This document shows, piece after piece, positions 59,512 through 64,000 of a DNA stretch of 64,000 nucleotides. The notes beneath the pieces are model-generated. The model saw only the letters and a program-made list of their open reading frames with translations, had not been told where the DNA came from and searched no databases. Numbering within the stretch: the first letter of the stretch is position 1; each line of letters begins with the position of its first letter. A program made the position numbers and the translations under genes. This DNA comes from Lama guanicoe (lineage: Eukaryota): contig MU053995.1 in NCBI GenBank assembly GCA_013239625.1, positions 186,001-250,000 of the forward strand, written 5' to 3'.

Positions 59512-62130
59512 TACATTTTTTAATTGAGTTGTAGTCAATTATAGACAATGTTGTGTCAATTTCTGGTGTACAGCACAATTTTTCAGTTATACATGAAAAT
59601 ACATATATTGAATATAGTAGGATTCCTGGGTCATATGGTAAGTCTATTCCTAGTCTTTAAAGGGATCTCCATACTGTTTTCCACAGTGGCTGCACCAAAC
59701 TGCATTCCCACCAGCAGTGTAGGAGGGTTCCCTTTTCTCCACAGCCTCTCCAGCATTTGTCATTTGTGGGTTTTTGAATGGCCTTTCTGACTAGTGTGAG
59801 GTGATACCTCATTGTAGTTTTGATTTGCATTTCGCTGATAGTGATACTGAGCATTTTTTCATGTGCCTTTTGATCATTTGTGTGTCTTCATTGGAAAATT
59901 GCTTGTTTAGGTCTTCTTCCCATTTTTGGATGGGTTGTTTGTTATTTTCTTATTAAGTCCTATGAGCTGCTTATATATTCTGGAGATCAAGCCTTTTTGA
60001 TTTCATCGTTTGCAAAAATTGTCTCCCATTCCATAGATTGTCTTTTTGTTTTACTTCTGGTTTCCTTTGCTGTGCAGAAGCTTGTAAGTTTCATTAGGTC
60101 CCTTTTGTTTATTCTTGCTGTTATTTCTTTTGCTTGGGTAGACTGCCCTAGGAGAACATTTTTGAGATGTATGTCAGATAATGTTTTGCCTATATTTTCC
60201 TCTAGGAGGTTTATTGTATCTTGTCTTATGTTTAAGTCTTTGATCCATTTTGAGTTGATTTTTGTGTGTGGTGTAAGGGAGTGCTGTAGCTTCACTGCTT
60301 TACATGCTGCTGTCCAGTTCTCCCAACACCATTTGCTGAAGAGACTGTCTTTATTCCATTGTGTATTCCTGCCTCCTTTGTCGAAGATTACTGACCAAAA
60401 CTTTGTGGGTTCATTTCTGGGCTCTCTATTCTGCTCCATTGGTCCATATGTCTGTTTTTGTACCAATACCATGCTGTCTTGATGACTGTAGCTCTATAGT
60501 ATTGTCTGAAGTCTGGGAGAGTTACTCCTCCAACCTCTTTCTTTCTCTTCAGTAATGCTTTGGCAATTCTAGGTCTTCTGTGATTCCATATAAATTTTAT
60601 TATGGTTTGTTCTAGTTCTGTGAAATATGTCCTGGGTAATTTGATAGGGATTGCATTAAACCTGTAGATTGCCTTGGGCAGTGTGACCATTTTAACAATA
60701 TTGATTCTTCCAATCGAGGAGCATGAGATATTTTTCCATTTTTTTAAAGTCTTCTTCAGTTTCCTTCATCAGTGATTTATAGTTTTCAGTATGTAAGTCT
60801 TTCACCTCCTTGATTTATTCCTAGGTATTTTATTACTTTGAGTGCTATTTTAAAGGGGATTGTTTCTTTACTTTCTTTTCTGTTGATTCATCGTTAGTGT
60901 AAAGAAATGTAACTGATTTTTTTATGTTAATCTTGTAACCTGCTACCTTGCTGAATTCTTCAATCAGCTCTAGTAGTTTTTGTGTGGACCTTTTAGGGTT
61001 TTCTACATAGAGTAACATGTCGTCAACATATAGTGACACTTCAAACAACAAGATCCTACTGCATAGCCCAGGGAACTACATTGAATAGCTTGTAATAACC
61101 TATAATGAAAAAGAATATATGTACATATATATAATTGAATCACTATGCTTTACACCAGAAACTAATGCAACATTGTAAATCAACAATACTTCAATAAAAA
61201 AAAACACATAGTGACACTTCTACCTCTTCTTTTCCAATTTGAATCTGTTTTATCTCTCTCTTGTCTGATTGCTGTGGTTAGGCCTTCCTAGCCTATGTTG
61301 AATAGGAGTGGTGAGAGTGGGCATCCATGTCTTGTCCCAGACTTTAGTGGGAAGCTTTTGAGATTTTCACTGTGGTGTACTATGCTGCCTGTAGGTTTGT
61401 CATATATAGCTTTTATTATATTGAGATATGTTCCCTCTATACCCACTGTGGTGAGAGTTTTTATCATAAATGGGTGTTGAATTTTATCAAATGCTTTTTC
61501 TGCATCTATTGAGAAGAAAATATGGTTTTTGTCCTTTCTCTTGTTGATTGGATGTATTACATTGATTGATTTGCGTATATTGAACCATCCTTGTGTCCCT
61601 GAGATGAACCCCACTTGATCATTATGTATAATCTATTTTCTAATATTTTGGTGAGGATTTTTGCATCTATGTTCATCAGTAATATTGGCCTATAGTTCTA
61701 GTTTTATTAGTGTCTTTTCCTGGTTTTGGTATCAGGGTGATGGTGGCTTCATAGAATGAATTTGGATGTATTCCCTCCTTTTCAATCTTCTGGAAGAGTT
61801 TGAGAAGGACTGGTATGAGTTTTTTGTATGTTTGGTAGAATTCCCCTGTGAAGCTGTCCCGTCCTGGACTTTTATTTGTCGGGAGGTTTTTTTTATTGCT
61901 AATTCAATTTCATTTCTAGTGATTGTTTTGTTCAAGTGGTCAGTTTATTCTTGGTTCAGTCTTGGTGGACTGTGTGTTTCCATAAACTTGTCCATCTCCT
62001 CTAGGTTATCCATTTCGGTTCCATATAGTTTTTCATAATATTCTTATATGATATTCTGTATTTCTATGTTATTTGTTGAAATTTCTCTATTTTCCTTTTT
62101 TATTTTGCTTATTTGTGCTCTCTTTCTTCT
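59512..62130 (-). mobile_element. Antisense L1 of the young family with deletions
   Basis: ORFs 59657..59854, 59987..60472, 60388..60690 and 61288..61614 are ORF2 peptides. Confidence 0.92.
61043..61203 (+). mobile_element. Short L1 3' end of a second lineage nested in the antisense L1
   Basis: TSD aca(t/c)atagtgacacttc at 61026-61042 and 61204-61220; poly-A tail. Confidence 0.85.
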
Positions 62131-62254
62131 ATGTACTTCATTCCTTTCTATGGCTAAATAATATTCCACTATATGTATAAATAGAATTTAAATCATGTAT
62201 CAGTTGGAAGGTACAAGCTGTTTCTAACTTTTTTGTATTGAAAACAATGCTGCA

Positions 62255-63735
62255 ATGGGTAACTACAAGCCAAAAACTTACAAGTGAGTCACAAAAATTA
62301 AATAAAATCCATGATAATACAAAGGAAAATTACCAAACCACAAAAGGAAGAAGAAAGGAACTAAGAGGAAATACCAAATCAACTGCACAGAGAAGTTCAA
62401 AATAGCAATAAACACACATCTATCATAAATTACTGAAAATGTTAATGGACTAAATGCTCCAGTCTAAAGACATAGAGTGGCAGACTGGATAATAAAGCAA
62501 GAACCTTCAATATGCTGCATACAAGAGACCCACTTTAGGGAGAAGGAAACATAGATTGAGAGTGAAAGGATGAAAAAGGATATTCCAACCATGCAAGTGG
62601 AAAAGCCAAAAAAGCAGTACTGATTTCAGACAAAATAGACTTTAAAACAAAGGCCATAAAGAAGGACATTTTCTAATGATTAAAGGAGTGATACAAGATA
62701 AGGCTATTACGCTCGTTAATATATATGCACCCAATACAGGAGCACCTAAGTACATAAAACAGAGTAAAGGGGGATATTGATGGGAATACTATCATAGTTG
62801 GAGATTTTAACACTGCATAAACATCATTAGATAGATCTTCCAGTCAGAAAATAAATAAGGCAATAGAGAAATTAAATACTACAATAGAAAAACTAGATTT
62901 GATGGATATTTTCAGAGCATTACACCCCCCAAAAATAGGCTATACATTCTCCTCAAGTGCACATGGAACATTTTGTAGGATTGGTCATGTACTTGGGGAC
63001 AAAAGAAGCCTCAACAATTTTAAGAAGATAGAAATTATCTCAAGCATCTTTACTGACCACAATGCCATGAAACTAGAAATCAACTACAGAAAAACAAAGG
63101 AGAAAAAAAGGAATGCACGGAGATTAAACAACATGCTATGAAAAAACAAATGAATCAATGATGAAATCAAACTCGGTATTAAAAAATACCTTGAGACAAA
63201 TGTAAATGAAAACACAGCTACACAAAGCTTATGGGACACAGCAAAGGCAGTGCTAAGAGCGAAGTTTACAGTGATTCAGGGCTTTCTCAAAAAAGAAGCA
63301 CAATCTCAAATAAACGATCTAACCAACCAGAAAAAAGAATTAGAAAAAGAAGAGCAAAAAACCCAAAAGGCAGTGTAAGTTAGGAGATAATAAAGATCAG
63401 GAGGAAATAAATAAAATAGAGATTTAAAAAACCACAGGGAAAAACCAGTTAAACCAAAAGTTGGTTTTTTGAAAAAGTAAATAAAATCAACAAACCTCTG
63501 GCCAAATTCACATAGAATTTGTTGTGTCAAATTCCAGTGTTCAGCACAATTTTTTAGTCATTCATGGACATATACACCCTCATTGTCACATTTTTTTCTC
63601 TGTGAGTTAACATAACATCATATCATAACAATTGTGTATATTTCCCTGTGCTAAACAGTGTAATCTTGTTTATCTATTGTACAATTTTGAAATCCCAGTC
63701 TATCCCTTCCCATCCTCCACCCCCCTGGCAACCTC
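62255..63735 (+). mobile_element. L1 ORF2 endonuclease fragment, plus an antisense L1 3'UTR piece (~63515-63735)
   Basis: aatgttaatggactaaatgctcca; ORF 62899..63141 is an EN peptide. Confidence 0.85.
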
Positions 63736-64000
63736 CATGATGATAGATTTTTCTTGGTTATACGTTTGCTTGGTTCCTGTAAACCTGTTTTTCAGAATGC
63801 CTACAAAGTTGAATCAGTCATCTTTTCTTTTTTTTTATACTTATTATAGAATATTTTGGGCTTGTGTATGTATATATTTATTGAAATATTGTCAGTTTAC
63901 ACTGTTGCTTCAATTCTCTCATTGTTTTTTGTTTCTTTACAGTAACAAGTGCTTGGCGCTTCTGAGTCTGTCAATTTGTTGATGTCACTCCTCTTAGGTG

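Overview
Mammalian, almost certainly camelid, DNA (five tRNA-Ala-derived Vic-1-type SINEs). It is dominated by L1 and LTR/ERV repeats and has one 90-N gap (617-706). The main gene is the 3' part of a WWC3 (KIBRA-family Hippo scaffold) homologue on the minus strand: 14 coding exons from 49150 to the stop at 28903, covering a coiled-coil, the C2 domain, the aPKC-binding region and the PDZ-binding tail. The copy is degenerating: a 1-nt deletion in a C2 exon, a GT>AT donor mutation, many CpG-type Arg losses and a changed PDZ motif. This, plus the L1-saturated flanks, best fits the Y gametolog WWC3Y (inference). A GC/CpG-rich block (~39.6-48.35 kb) sits between AT-rich flanks, suggesting X-to-Y conversion or a former pseudoautosomal history. 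Downstream are a TSD-flanked retrocopy of the GLS (glutaminase) 5'UTR, exon 1 and start of intron 1 (14280-14975) and a possible fossil CLCN4 non-coding exon. All homology calls rest on my recollection of reference sequences; no alignment was run.
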